The translations under genes and the position numbers were made by a program. A stretch of DNA of 64,000 nt from Planctomycetaceae bacterium. GTDB lineage: Bacteria > Planctomycetota > Phycisphaerae > Sedimentisphaerales > UBA12454. Each line of letters starts with the position of its first letter. Position 1 is the first letter of the stretch. The notes beneath the pieces were generated by a model, which ran no database searches, was not told the DNA's origin, and was given only the letters and a program-made list of their open reading frames with translations. Below, in pieces: positions 45,569-54,582 of this stretch. Where the stretch lies: assembly GCA_021371795.1 (NCBI GenBank), contig JAJFVK010000006.1, positions 23,452-87,451 on the forward strand, read 5' to 3'.

Positions 45569-46867
45569 ATGATAGATGTAGTAAAAATATTTAAAAAGAA
45601 TATGCCGATAATCATACCGGCTGCAATTGCGGCAGTCGCGATTCTTCTGCTGGTACCAACAGTAATGCTTCGCGGCAAAATAAAAGCGAAACTCTCTGAA
45701 AGCGCTAACGTAGTCAGGGAAGTGGATTCGACCCTCTACGAGGCAGTTTCTTCGAGGCAACCTGAAATAGCAACTAAATATCAGGACAGTCATGAGGCTG
45801 ACGCGAACGAAATCGATAAGCTTGCGCAGCAGACTTCACAGAGAGAATTGCTTAGCTACAAGATTTTCCCGGACCCGAACGAAACATCCTCACAACTTTT
45901 CAATGAGTTTAAACGTGAATATAAAGCAGTGTTTGCCATTTTCGTGAAAGATTTAAAGGCGCTTGACGCCCCGACCGACAGCGAAATACGCAAACAGGCC
46001 GGCGCAATAAATATTGGACAGATGATTGGCGGAACGTCCGGCAGGAAGAGCAGCGATGAAAAAATTATCGAGCTTATATGCAGAAGCCGAAGCGAAGAAA
46101 TTCCTGTTTACGCAAATCCCTGGGTCTTCAGCGGCTACGCATACTGGGACAAATGGGAATTCGCAGGGATGACGTCGGCTGTTCGCGACTGCTGGTATTG
46201 TCAAATGGCAGTCTGGATTCATCAGGATGTTATCAGCAGCATCAATTCAATCAACGCAGGCTCAACCAGCGTAGCTAAGTCTTCAGTTAAAAGACTTTTG
46301 TCCAGCAATTTCGCGGGAGGCTTAAGAGACGCCGGCCTGGATATGCCGATGTATGTAACTGAAAAGAGCGGCGGATTGTGCCAGCCGTGGACTGGCAGAA
46401 AATGCGACGACAGAATCGATGTGATGCATTTTGCCGTCAGCGTAATTGTGCGAGCGGATGATGTGCTTAAATTTATGACGGCGATTTGCAGTGAAAAAGA
46501 ACATACATTTGCAGGTTTCAATGGTGAACTTCCGCCGCAAACATACAAACATAATCTTATAACCATTCTTGGAAGCAGCATCGAGCCGGTTGACAGAACC
46601 AGCACGGAACATAAACGCTACTATTACGGTCAGGACGCGATTGTTAAACTGGATCTTATTTGTGAATATGTTCTTAACCGGCAGGGCTATGATGTAATAA
46701 AACCGAAAGTAATTCAGGATGAAATCATCGGAGCCAAGCAGCAGGACGGCGGCGGTGCGCCCGGCGGAATGGGTGTGCCTGGCGGAATGGGTGCGCCAGG
46801 CGGAATGGGTATGCCTGGAATGGGTATGCCTGGAATGGATATGCCCGGCGGCGGAGGACGGCAATAA
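45569..46867 (+). CDS. Bitopic membrane protein of unknown function with a Gly/Met/Pro repeat tail
   Basis: N-terminal TM MPIIIPAAIAAVAILLLVP. C-terminus GGGAPGGMGVPGGMGAPGGMGMPGMGMPGMDMPGGGG. Confidence 0.65.
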   Translation: MIDVVKIFKKNMPIIIPAAIAAVAILLLVPTVMLRGKIKAKLSESANVVREVDSTLYEAVSSRQPEIATKYQDSHEADANEIDKLAQQTSQRELLSYKIFPDPNETSSQLFNEFKREYKAVFAIFVKDLKALDAPTDSEIRKQAGAINIGQMIGGTSGRKSSDEKIIELICRSRSEEIPVYANPWVFSGYAYWDKWEFAGMTSAVRDCWYCQMAVWIHQDVISSINSINAGSTSVAKSSVKRLLSSNFAGGLRDAGLDMPMYVTEKSGGLCQPWTGRKCDDRIDVMHFAVSVIVRADDVLKFMTAICSEKEHTFAGFNGELPPQTYKHNLITILGSSIEPVDRTSTEHKRYYYGQDAIVKLDLICEYVLNRQGYDVIKPKVIQDEIIGAKQQDGGGAPGGMGVPGGMGAPGGMGMPGMGMPGMDMPGGGGRQ

Positions 46868-48852
46868 TGGGAAATAAAATTTTAAAATATATTGAACAAT
46901 ATCTCGATAAGATAGTGATTGCCGTCGCGGCGGTAATCGCGGTTGTTATAGTTTTTGTATTTGTTTTAAGCTCGCCGCAGGTTGACGGCGTGGGGTTGTC
47001 AGAATTGGACGAATCCATCAATCGCAAAGCTGATGCCCTCAAGCAAAAACTTAACAGCGAACCAAATGACAAGATTCAGTACGAGTTGCAACAGAAAGAA
47101 TTTGTTGCATTACTGAAAGATTCGATAGACGGCGATGTAAACAATAATATTTACTTTCCGCTGCCGGCTAATAATTCCAGCGGTCCAATCGAAAAATATA
47201 CATATCATGTTCCGCAAATCGGTGAGATAGGCAAACCGAGTCTGGCTGTTGTAAAAATGGCGGCATTTGTGCCTACCGAGGAGCTTTCAACAACTGTTAC
47301 CTATGGCAGTGCGGGCAAAAAACTCGAAGATTTGGACATTGTAACGGTCGAGTCTTCCATAGATTTGAAATCTTTGTATGCTAAATTTAAGGAATCCTTC
47401 GCGGCGAAAAATTTCCCGCCGGAAAAGAAAAAAGAACAATACGCAACGCCTGTTTTCGCAAAAGTTCAGCTCCAACGAAAAACACTGCAATCGGACGGCA
47501 AATGGAGCGAGTGGGCAGATGTTCCGCTGACAAAAATATGTTATCTGAAACAAAATCTGGAACTGCCCAAGGATACGAGCGAGTTCGCGATGGAAATGGC
47601 GATGGTTCAATTTGCCAAAAGCGAGTTTCGCGATGAAATTGTTCAGCCCGCGGTTTATTGCAACGCGATACCGACTGAACGATGGATAAGCCCGTCTTTT
47701 TACAAGAGCCGGCAGGGAAAATTAGATAAACAGGAAGAAGAAAGACGCAAAGCTGAAGCTGAAGCCGCCAAAGCACAGAGGCTGCAGAACAGATCGACTC
47801 CTGCAAGAGAAACACGGGATGTTCGCACACCTGCCAGAGGCATGGAGACAGGGCCAGGTGGTATGCCTGGCATCATGGGCGGCGATGGTATGGGCGGCGG
47901 CGTAGGCGGCGGCAGAGGCGCTACGTCGCGTCGAGAAACAACCAGAACGCCGGCAAGAACTGAACGCACTGTACGCGAAAGAACTCCGACAACTACGACC
48001 ACTACCGATATGACATTGATGATGACGGAAAATTCAGACTTTGCCGCAATCAAACTTTATGCGGAAACAAATATCGACCAGATGGATAAACTGGTATTCT
48101 GGGCACATGATGATACAACAAAGCCCGGCGAAAAATATCAGTATCGCATCAGGATAGGTGTGTTTAATCCGATAGCGGGCAAAGAAATGTTTGTCGAAAG
48201 CGAAAAAGAATATCATGACAGGGTGGTGTTGTGGAGTGATTATGCCGAGGCGGGCGAAACGGTTGAAATTCCGCAAAGGCTGTATTTCTTCGCTACGAAT
48301 TACAGGGAAATCGACAAAGGTACAAGTACTGACAAGACGGTTGAAGTTATGGTCGCACGTTATATGCTCGGCAACTGGGTGAGCAAAAAATACACCAATG
48401 TAAAATGCGGCGAAGAAATCGGCAAAGCCGACGAACAGCCTGACGCCAGACTTGTCAACGCAGGCATCAGTACCGATGCGATAGATTTTTCGACCGGTGC
48501 TGTAATGATAGATGCGCAAAAAGTGCCGGCTTCAGGTTCTCGTACAACTGAATATTATGAACTGCTGCACAGCTATGACGGCAGTGAAATGTTACGAACT
48601 CCGATTAAAGACAGAAACTGGTCTGCGAAAGTTCAGCAGGTTTATAAGGAAATAAACGCTGCGATTGCCGGCAATCCAGTAGTTCTCCTGTCGTGGGAAC
48701 AGGCGTCGATTGGCGTAGAAAATCGTTCGCCGATAAATCAGCCGGACAATATGGATGAATCGAATAGAAGATTTCAGCCGGGCGCAGAACCGGGAATGCC
48801 TGGAATGCCTGGAATGCCGGGTATGCCTGGAATGCCTGGAATGTTACAATAG
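46867..48852 (+). CDS. Bitopic membrane protein of unknown function with an internal basic/Thr-rich linker and a (GMP)n tail
   Basis: TAATG overlap with the upstream gene. TM IVIAVAAVIAVVIVFVFVL. Internal GMETGPGGMPGIMGGDGMGGGVGGG. C-terminus EPGMPGMPGMPGMPGMPGML. Confidence 0.65.
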   Translation: MGNKILKYIEQYLDKIVIAVAAVIAVVIVFVFVLSSPQVDGVGLSELDESINRKADALKQKLNSEPNDKIQYELQQKEFVALLKDSIDGDVNNNIYFPLPANNSSGPIEKYTYHVPQIGEIGKPSLAVVKMAAFVPTEELSTTVTYGSAGKKLEDLDIVTVESSIDLKSLYAKFKESFAAKNFPPEKKKEQYATPVFAKVQLQRKTLQSDGKWSEWADVPLTKICYLKQNLELPKDTSEFAMEMAMVQFAKSEFRDEIVQPAVYCNAIPTERWISPSFYKSRQGKLDKQEEERRKAEAEAAKAQRLQNRSTPARETRDVRTPARGMETGPGGMPGIMGGDGMGGGVGGGRGATSRRETTRTPARTERTVRERTPTTTTTTDMTLMMTENSDFAAIKLYAETNIDQMDKLVFWAHDDTTKPGEKYQYRIRIGVFNPIAGKEMFVESEKEYHDRVVLWSDYAEAGETVEIPQRLYFFATNYREIDKGTSTDKTVEVMVARYMLGNWVSKKYTNVKCGEEIGKADEQPDARLVNAGISTDAIDFSTGAVMIDAQKVPASGSRTTEYYELLHSYDGSEMLRTPIKDRNWSAKVQQVYKEINAAIAGNPVVLLSWEQASIGVENRSPINQPDNMDESNRRFQPGAEPGMPGMPGMPGMPGMPGMLQ

Positions 48853-48871
48853 TCTATTCGACAGCGTAAAT

Positions 48872-50656
48872 TTATGAGACTGTTGCGGTTTCTTTTTGTC
48901 GAACCGTTTGTGTCAGGTCGGGCAGAATGTAATTTTCTACAACTACATCCCAGCTCATCTGCGAGGCGATCGCAAAACCGGAATTAATCATTTCTGTCAT
49001 TTCCGTATCGTTCTTCGGCAGTCTGACCATTATTCCCATCGCAACTTTTTCGCTGACATAGCGTTCGAGTTTGTTTCTTGTCTCGATATCTATTTTCAGC
49101 AAATCCGAGATACTGTTAAACTGTATACCGTCAAGGTCTGTGTAGTCGGCGATTATGACGTTGCGGCTCTCGGCAGGATTGCAGATTCTCTTTATGAATC
49201 CTGCACATCCGCAGACGCTGCTTACGACGCAGATGCCGCCGAAGCTCAACGGCTCGAATTGCGCGATGCCGAACGGTTCATATATGCTTTGTCCGAATTC
49301 AACGTCAGAACCTTTTCTGATGTCCATAAATTCCATATCTTCGGGCATTCTTGAACCGCAGTGTACTCTGTCGAATCCGAATTGGTTGATGAACACGACT
49401 TTTATGTTTCTGCTGCGTGCGTTAAATTCCTGCACGGCGTTGTCAAAAACTAATTCGCCGCCGCTCAAATCAGGCCAGCCTTCGTGATGAACAACCGGCC
49501 AGTGATAGTCGGACTCCATTCTTAAAATATCCTTTTCGCGTCTTTGGCCGACTTCGGTGCTTAAGACAAACATCACGGCTGTTTTGTTTTGTGCGCTGAA
49601 TTCTTTTTCAAGATGCTCAAGAACCCGCAAATCACGCCAGAGTCCTTTGCTTCGGACAAGTCTTGTAACGTGTGTGAAAATGTAATCCGGCGTATAACCG
49701 AGCAGATTTTTGCAATACCCCTGAAGTCTTGAACGAGAAAGTTTTTTCTCGTCGAGGCCGATATGATAAGCCGGTATGCCGTTGTAAGCCAGCTTGATAT
49801 GCTCGGCGTCGAAATCAGAAGAGATGAATTTCAGCTCTTCGCCGACAAGGTCGCCGACGACAAAAACGGTATCGCAGTGTTTTGACGCGTTGACCAATGC
49901 GTGTTTGGAGTAATCGCTCTGGTCGCCGAAAACATCAGACAACGATAAACCTTCTGATTTTGCCCGATTCATTACGTTATAAAACATCGTATCATGGCCG
50001 ACTTTGTCTTCGACGATTCGGCGGATGGTCGCTGCTTCGTGCGCGTAAAAGACGGTTTTGAAATCATATTCGGTGTCGACCATAGCGGCAAGCGCGGTCG
50101 GCATTCCCATGAACTCATGACTGACAATAACTGTGCTGCCGTCGTGTGAAGCGGCGCCGATGGCTTTCAACGCGGCAATTGCCGGCGGAGCCAGTCGCAC
50201 CCATTCCTCAAATTCCCACATTTTCTCATATCTCATTCCCGATATGCCGAAATGCTCGTACATTTTATGTTTGAACTCATTAATCGGCGGCTGATTAACC
50301 TGACGAACATCGATTAGTAAAACTTCCGGCGTGCTTTGAATGCCGGAACGTTTGTCTTCGAAAAGTTTTCTGCCGTAAACAATGTCAACGTTGAAATATT
50401 TTTCAATCGCCTGGAATGTTTCTGCGTAACCTGTTTTGGTATAGCCGTCAACGCCGGAGTAGAGGACTTCGCCGCCATGGCCGAGACGATTTTGCACCGG
50501 ACCATCAATGGAAAAGAGCGGACTTACAAGAATCGACCTGCCGGTTGATTCGAGATAGACTTTGTTCGTGAGCATACCTTCAAGCACGGCGCCAATTCCG
50601 CCGATTTTGCCGACAGCTTCGTGTGTTACATGAACGATATTCGGCTTATGTGTCAT
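48872..50656 (-). CDS. GT-B glycosyltransferase, glycogen-synthase-like
   Basis: N-terminus VTHEAVGKIGGIGAVLEG resembles the K-x-GGI motif of glycogen synthases. C-terminal motif SIYEPFGIAQFEPLSFG. The ATG at 50656 (AGGAAA RBS) is preferred over the TTG at 50674. Confidence 0.5.
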   Translation of the reverse strand: MTHKPNIVHVTHEAVGKIGGIGAVLEGMLTNKVYLESTGRSILVSPLFSIDGPVQNRLGHGGEVLYSGVDGYTKTGYAETFQAIEKYFNVDIVYGRKLFEDKRSGIQSTPEVLLIDVRQVNQPPINEFKHKMYEHFGISGMRYEKMWEFEEWVRLAPPAIAALKAIGAASHDGSTVIVSHEFMGMPTALAAMVDTEYDFKTVFYAHEAATIRRIVEDKVGHDTMFYNVMNRAKSEGLSLSDVFGDQSDYSKHALVNASKHCDTVFVVGDLVGEELKFISSDFDAEHIKLAYNGIPAYHIGLDEKKLSRSRLQGYCKNLLGYTPDYIFTHVTRLVRSKGLWRDLRVLEHLEKEFSAQNKTAVMFVLSTEVGQRREKDILRMESDYHWPVVHHEGWPDLSGGELVFDNAVQEFNARSRNIKVVFINQFGFDRVHCGSRMPEDMEFMDIRKGSDVEFGQSIYEPFGIAQFEPLSFGGICVVSSVCGCAGFIKRICNPAESRNVIIADYTDLDGIQFNSISDLLKIDIETRNKLERYVSEKVAMGIMVRLPKNDTEMTEMINSGFAIASQMSWDVVVENYILPDLTQTVRQKETATVS

Positions 50657-50703
50657 TTGTCTTTTCCTTTCCAAAACATTGATGGCTTAATCTTTGTTGT
50701 TTT

Positions 50704-50802
50704 GTAACATTTTAGCCGTATGTAGGGGCGAACCTATGTGTTCGCCCTTTTGGGCAGACACACAGGTCTGCCCCTACAAAAATCATTTGGCTAAAGTGTT
50801 AC
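50704..50802. repeat. Nested palindromic (REP-like) element; likely terminator of the secretin operon
   Basis: Outer arms GTAACATTTTAGCC / GGCTAAAGTGTTAC. Inner GTAGGGG...CCCCTAC encloses two hairpins, GGGCGAAC-ctatgt-GTTCGCCC and GGGCAGAC-acac-aGGTCTGCCC. Confidence 0.7.
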
Positions 50803-52107
50803 GTTATTTTTCTTTTTGTTATTTTTTTGAAGTTTCTTTTCGGCTTTTTCTTTTTCAGCCTTTACTTTATTCGCCTTTTCAGCTTTTTCTTTCTTTTGTT
50901 GTTCTTTTTTCTCTTCGACTTCCGGAATCGTCAGCAGAGGTCGTTTTGATATTTCATCAAATTTTTCCATTTCCGCTTTACTTGGTTTTTCGCCCGTGTA
51001 AATGTGCGGTGAAAGCAGTACCAATAATTCCGAATTGTTTTCGGTTATATCAGTTGCTTTAAATGCGAGACCGACAATCGGCACATCACCAAGGAATGGA
51101 ATTTGATTGGTCTGCTTCTGTGTTACTTTTCTACGCAGGCCGCCGATTACAAGCGTCTGACTGTTTTCCAGCAACAGAGAACTTTTAACATTTCTTGTAT
51201 CAACTATTGGTACGCCTGTGGCGCCTACGCCGCCTGTAACGACACTTGAGCCTGTTTGAACGCTTTGTTCCGTTTCGACGGCTAAAAGTATGAATTTATC
51301 ATCTGTCAGTGTTGCGACTATTTTCAATTTAACGCCGACATTTTTAAATTGCGTACTTGTCAATGACCCGCCTGCACTTGTGTCGGAGCTTTCTTTGTAT
51401 GGTATTTCTTCTACGGATTCGATGGAAGCGGTTTGACCACTGACAACCATCACTCGCGGACTTGCTATTATTTCGACATTATTTTTTTGCTGAAGGGCGT
51501 GAATAACCGTTCGTATGTCTCCAAAGGTAAGCCAGAAGTCGCCTGCGGTGCCAGTAGTATTATATGCCGTAGCATTTTGAATGTTGTCTGAAGTTTGTGC
51601 CACTGCAGAAAGACGGCTTGAGTAAGTCAGGTTCTGTCTATATGCGGCATCTCTGTAATCGTTCGTCAGCATATCCCAGTTGATGCCGATTTCAGTTTCG
51701 TTATCGAGTTTTACATCAAGAATAACAACTTCAATCATTATCTGTTCCGGTGTGCGGTCGATTTTTCGGATTTGCGCAATAATTTTCGCAACATTTTCCG
51801 GCGTGTCGCACACTATCAGCGAATTGCCCTTGCTATCCGGTTCGATATTGCCGAAATCGCCCGACATATTCACGATGGATGTCTTTACACTTTTTGCGTC
51901 GAGGAATTTCAACGTCGTAGTTTCAACGACAAGCTCCGGCTTGATAATGCCGGCAATGCCGGGATGCGAGGGCTGATTGGGCTTAAATTGCGCAAACGGA
52001 TTTTCCTGCGTTATAGAGTTGATATCGATTTCGTTATCGGCAGCGTAAACGGCAGCCGACAAGCTTAAAAAGAGTATCGCTTTTAAGGTGTTGTTATTTC
52101 TTAACAT
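50791..52107 (-). CDS. pilQ: Secretin (PilQ/GspD family) with a Lys/Glu-rich C-terminal tail
   Basis: Signal peptide. Secretin C-domain motif NQIPFLGDVPIVGLAFK...SELLVLLSPHI. Confidence 0.85.
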   Translation of the reverse strand: MLRNNNTLKAILFLSLSAAVYAADNEIDINSITQENPFAQFKPNQPSHPGIAGIIKPELVVETTTLKFLDAKSVKTSIVNMSGDFGNIEPDSKGNSLIVCDTPENVAKIIAQIRKIDRTPEQIMIEVVILDVKLDNETEIGINWDMLTNDYRDAAYRQNLTYSSRLSAVAQTSDNIQNATAYNTTGTAGDFWLTFGDIRTVIHALQQKNNVEIIASPRVMVVSGQTASIESVEEIPYKESSDTSAGGSLTSTQFKNVGVKLKIVATLTDDKFILLAVETEQSVQTGSSVVTGGVGATGVPIVDTRNVKSSLLLENSQTLVIGGLRRKVTQKQTNQIPFLGDVPIVGLAFKATDITENNSELLVLLSPHIYTGEKPSKAEMEKFDEISKRPLLTIPEVEEKKEQQKKEKAEKANKVKAEKEKAEKKLQKNNKKKNNVTL

Positions 52108-52669
52108 TTTCAGTATTCTCCTTAACCTTTAATGTGTATATGCTTATTAACAAGTCGCATTCGAGATAGCCATTTTCATTGTTCATCTCGATGTTTATTG
52201 AATCGACCCGGACTTGTTCAGTTCTGTTCTGAAGCGTATTCAAAAATTTGATTATGCTGCCGTAGCCGCCGAATATGTTTAAATTCGTCTGGTATTGGCT
52301 GATTCCGATATTGCCTGCGGTCTGCGGAAATTCACGCGGTGACAGGAAGCGGAGATTCTGAATCGTGCAGCTGTTCTTTTCCGCTGCGGTCTGGATGCCT
52401 GTCAGGAAAATCTTTGCGTTGTTTGCGTCAAAGAATAATTGCTTGTGCTGTTCGTATTTTCCGCTGAGATTCTCCAGCGTTTTATTAGATATTTTCAGAC
52501 TGCTGTTAAGAATTTTATTTTTCGTCTCCAGCGATTCGATTGTCTGCTGATATTGCTGTTCGGCCATGAGATACTGTGAGTGCGGCGTTACAAACCAGTT
52601 GTAAATCGCAATGGTCATTATTATTAATATCGCGGCGACAGTCATATTTCTTTTTTGTAAATTTGTCAT
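52094..52669 (-). CDS. PilO-like pilus/secretion assembly protein
   Basis: Single N-terminal TM (VAAILIIMTIAIYNWF), a coiled coil, then a small C-terminal domain. Positioned between the pilMN-like gene and the secretin. The ATG at 52669 leaves 1 nt to the upstream stop. Confidence 0.55.
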   Translation of the reverse strand: MTNLQKRNMTVAAILIIMTIAIYNWFVTPHSQYLMAEQQYQQTIESLETKNKILNSSLKISNKTLENLSGKYEQHKQLFFDANNAKIFLTGIQTAAEKNSCTIQNLRFLSPREFPQTAGNIGISQYQTNLNIFGGYGSIIKFLNTLQNRTEQVRVDSINIEMNNENGYLECDLLISIYTLKVKENTENVKK

Positions 52670-52670
52670 A

Positions 52671-54182
52671 TTATTTTTCCTTCCGTCCTGATGCAAGAGA
52701 ACAGTTTATCGAGTAATCGATAAAGCCTTCGCCGTATTGTGTGTTTTGTTTTGTGTCTTCAAGCTGCGCTGTTCCGATAGTTTTGCATTCCGACAGGCGT
52801 TTGACAAAATCTGTTACCGCGGCGTAATTTACCGCTACGCCTTCAATCGTTAACGATTGCGAATCTCCCGACCGCATAGTTTGAATTTGAACGGTTTGCG
52901 GAACCTTTTTGGATATTTCAGCCAGAACATACGCCCAGTTCAGTTTGCTGTTTTCAGGCACGATTTTTTCGAGCGTCCCGAGGTTGGCGGTAATTTTAGT
53001 TGTTTGTTCATTGACGTCGGCCTTTGCACGTGAAAGCTGCGAAAGGCTTTGCTCGGACTGAATTTTGCTCGATTTTGTGATTTCTGTGTTTGCTCTGGAA
53101 GATTGTATGCCGAGCTGTGCAATGTGTATGAACAGCAGCACTAATATTGCCGCAGCGATATCGATTATGACAAGCAACTGCTTGTTTGATTTTCTGATTT
53201 CTGAAATTTCGTCCGGAACCATATTGATTGAGATTTCCGAATCGTCGGCTTTGAGCAGTTTCATTGCCGCACCGACCGCCGCGGGAGAAAAATCTGAACT
53301 TGCGGTTTTGTTGACAATATTCAAATGCTCCGGCAAAACAGGATTTACCTCGATGTTTTGCGGCAGGATATTTTTCAATTGCTCTGTAATTGGAACTGCC
53401 TGCGCGGCGCTCTGTCTGCACGTCAGGAAAATCTGCCATGCGTTCGGCTGCAGTGGTTTTTCCATTTCATAAAACTGGACAACAGACTGAATTTGAGCCG
53501 CGATAGCCTGCGTACAGGCGTTTGAATCTGAATTATCATCGATTTTCTTAGTTCGCAGGAAATCCAGCTTTTGTCCGTTGAAGACGCATATATTCAAAAC
53601 ATCGTCTCCAAGCAGGACGAGCATTGTGTTTTTGTCGTGAGCGGTGCAGACGATTTTTCTGTAACAGGCTCTTATAAGAGAAATAACGGCAGGCTCAATC
53701 AGGCCTATATCAATATGATATCTTTCAAGCTCTCTTGTTGCATCGACAAGTGGCTGTGCGGGGCAAGCGCTCACGAGCACCTGTTTGCTCTCGTCAGAGG
53801 CCGTGCTTCGCAATGCACAGTAGTCCGTCTTTATATTTTTCAGCGGCAAAACAGCGTATTGCCGAATTTCATCGTGAATATACTTAATAATATTATGCGG
53901 CGTTGCTTCCGGCAGCTTTAAAATCTGCAGCAAATCCGGCGAAGAACCCAAACAAAGAGCAGCATCGCAGTGTTCCAGTCTTTTGGTGAGCTTTAAACTT
54001 TTTATCGCGTTTGACAGGACTTTCGGGTCTGTTTGCGCATCCGGCACATTCAATTTGATGTTCAGCGGAATCTGCATACTTTCCGTGAGAATTATTTTCT
54101 CTCCCTGTCGTTCCAGACGGACAACGTTCAAAGAATTTTTGCATACGTCTATGCCGATCGTCTTGTTTTGAGTCGGGTTCAT
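52671..54182 (-). CDS. PilM-PilN-like fusion protein
   Basis: TIGIDVCKNSLNVVRLE at the N-terminus (PilM-type). TM LLVIIDIAAAILVLLFIHIAQL followed by a PilN-like periplasmic part. Confidence 0.65.
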   Translation of the reverse strand: MNPTQNKTIGIDVCKNSLNVVRLERQGEKIILTESMQIPLNIKLNVPDAQTDPKVLSNAIKSLKLTKRLEHCDAALCLGSSPDLLQILKLPEATPHNIIKYIHDEIRQYAVLPLKNIKTDYCALRSTASDESKQVLVSACPAQPLVDATRELERYHIDIGLIEPAVISLIRACYRKIVCTAHDKNTMLVLLGDDVLNICVFNGQKLDFLRTKKIDDNSDSNACTQAIAAQIQSVVQFYEMEKPLQPNAWQIFLTCRQSAAQAVPITEQLKNILPQNIEVNPVLPEHLNIVNKTASSDFSPAAVGAAMKLLKADDSEISINMVPDEISEIRKSNKQLLVIIDIAAAILVLLFIHIAQLGIQSSRANTEITKSSKIQSEQSLSQLSRAKADVNEQTTKITANLGTLEKIVPENSKLNWAYVLAEISKKVPQTVQIQTMRSGDSQSLTIEGVAVNYAAVTDFVKRLSECKTIGTAQLEDTKQNTQYGEGFIDYSINCSLASGRKEK

Positions 54183-54577
54183 TCGTTTATCCTTAATTTA
54201 TCAATACGAATTACATAACTGCTTGTATCCACGGTAACATCCGCGCTGATATTGGTCGTAAATCCCTGCGCTGAAGTTCCTGCGGATGTAAAATTCGGGT
54301 CAGGCAGCGAACCTGCAACGGTTACGCTGTATGAACCGCCGCCAAAATTAGTGTTAAAATTCGCGGGCAGCGACTGGCTTGTGCGTACTCTTGCCAGTGC
54401 GTCCGCAATGCCTGCCTGTGCGATTAAATTCGACTGCGTTGTGAATATCTCATTTTTCATAATCTGAAACTGTTCGCTGTGAATCTGCAGCATACCGACT
54501 ACAAAAGCAGTCAGCAGGGCGATTATGAAAACCACCACAAGCAAAACCGAACCGTTATTTTTCATTTTTCGTTTCAT
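54179..54577 (-). CDS. Minor pseudopilin-like protein (GspK-like N-terminus)
   Basis: NGSVLLVVVFIIALLTAFVVGML hydrophobic N-terminus without Glu5. Small size and operon context. Confidence 0.5.
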   Translation of the reverse strand: MKRKMKNNGSVLLVVVFIIALLTAFVVGMLQIHSEQFQIMKNEIFTTQSNLIAQAGIADALARVRTSQSLPANFNTNFGGGSYSVTVAGSLPDPNFTSAGTSAQGFTTNISADVTVDTSSYVIRIDKLRINE

Positions 54578-54582
54578 ATTTT

